In this document: in pieces, positions 62,492-64,000 of the stretch
How positions within the stretch are numbered: the stretch's first letter is position 1
Layout of the letters: each line of letters opens with the position of its first letter
Assembly: GCA_964016885.1 (NCBI GenBank)
Contig: OZ024752.1
Coordinates: 9,300,001-9,364,000, forward strand
Source: Eledone cirrhosa
Taxonomy: Eukaryota
DNA length: 64,000 nucleotides
Direction: 5' to 3'
Made by a program: the position numbers and the translations under genes
Notes under the pieces: model-generated
Database searches by the model: none
What the model saw: only the letters and a program-made list of their open reading frames with translations
What the model was told of the DNA's origin: nothing

Positions 62492-62860
62492 AGGTTTTTC
62501 TGAGCCGTGTAATATAATTGAATATAAAAGAGAGATAAACACAGATATAAACATATATGTGTTCGAATTGAAAGGGACCAGATTCGCTAGGGTGAAAAAT
62601 ATACTAACCATTAACAATAGGGTTTGCCAGACTCAATTTAAAATAATAAATCAAGAAAATAAATACAAACCGATATTGGGGCAACTGTCAGACACCCAAA
62701 CAGCTTTTGGTAGGGTGTTTATCTCTCTTGTATATCTATGTATATATACGCACACACACACACATACATATAGATATGAATTATGATCTCAACGCAGGGC
62801 TCTCTGCGTTTTGAAACTAGTTTTTTCGGGCTAAGATCGGACCAGTATATTAGTACATCA

Positions 62861-62909
<49 letters not shown>

Positions 62910-63317
62910 ATAAAAACACTTGAGTGCATTAGAGTCAAACACAGTAGGTGAGCTTATAAGTTGGGCGTATTAAGGCTATTGTTTTTAGCATATCCACTCA
63001 CACCACTTCTAACGTCCAGCGCACGAGGTGAGATATTCATTGGTGGGGCTTTTAGTTGTATGTGCTTGTTCCATTTAATCTTGTCTCTCACTGAGGAAAG
63101 CCTACGGATTATCTGTTACAAACACAATTTTCAGGGCGAAACAGATTAAATCTCAAATCTGTCTGAGAGTTGAAATAGTTATTGAGACGGTCTGTATATA
63201 TATTCTATATTTTCCGTTAGCTTCAGGTTAAATTTATCAAACCAATGTGGTATTTCAACCCACGTAATTTTAGACACACAATTTACTGTGTTTATTTCTT
63301 TCTACATATATTATTGT

Positions 63318-63508
63318 ATAATTGTTCATACTTTTGGCACAACGCCAGCAATTACTCAGTGTATTACTGGTACTTTATTTTTTCGATCCCATCAGGATGA
63401 AAGGCAACGTTAACCTCGGCGGGATTTGAACTCAGATTGGAAAGGGCCGTAACTCTATGCGTCACAACATGGCGTCCGACCCTCTACTGATACTGCCAAT
63501 CCACCGCC
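63318..63508 (-). mobile_element. tRNA-derived SINE
   Basis: Reverse complement of the SINE unit. Confidence 0.8.
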
Positions 63509-63799
63509 CGCATGTAACATATAAATATATACATATTTATATATATATATATACATATAGATATATATACATACATATATATGTATATATATATATATAC
63601 ATACATATATATATATACACATACATATATATACATACATACATATATTTATATATGTACACATACATATATATATATATATATACATACATATATATAT
63701 TTATATATACATACATATATATATTTATATACATATATATATAAACATAGATATAGATATTTATATACATATATATATATATACATACATATATATATA

Positions 63800-63887
<88 letters not shown>

Positions 63888-64000
63888 CATGGTGGATGCC
63901 AACTCGTTTTCGAGTACGGCCACTACTTTATATCCATGTAGGAGAACCCCTACCGATGCGCTGAACAAGTGTGACTTTTTAGTCCAGCCAACGACTTGAA

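Overview
Eukaryotic, repeat-saturated, AT-rich window with no recognisable host protein-coding gene. The SINE family and the (TA)n/(TACA)n/(TATC)n richness suggest a cephalopod such as Octopus; this is inference. Contents: (1) a 12-bp minisatellite at 1-1480; (2) a ~21-kb same-orientation array (2850-24200) of Tx1/L1-clade non-LTR retrotransposons, with three divergent full-length copies, two long truncated copies and several 3'-end stubs, each separated by (TATC)n; (3) an intact Penelope-like element (RT + C-terminal GIY-YIG) and a decayed relative; (4) more than 10 short fold-back elements in (TA)n, many carrying hammerhead-ribozyme cores; (5) six tRNA-Gly(TCC) genes with shared flanks; (6) many tRNA-derived SINEs and RTE, CRE, R4/Dong and Ingi/Vingi-like LINE remnants; (7) a 107-bp satellite derived from a LINE 3' end. 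The most notable signal is in all three full-length Tx1-like elements. ORF2 is bracketed exactly by a 5' splice-donor consensus at the ORF1 end and a pyrimidine-rich YAG|G acceptor that is the ORF2 stop codon. Splicing would rebuild an ORF1 stop codon, and its phase co-varies between elements, so ORF2 looks like a precise intron.
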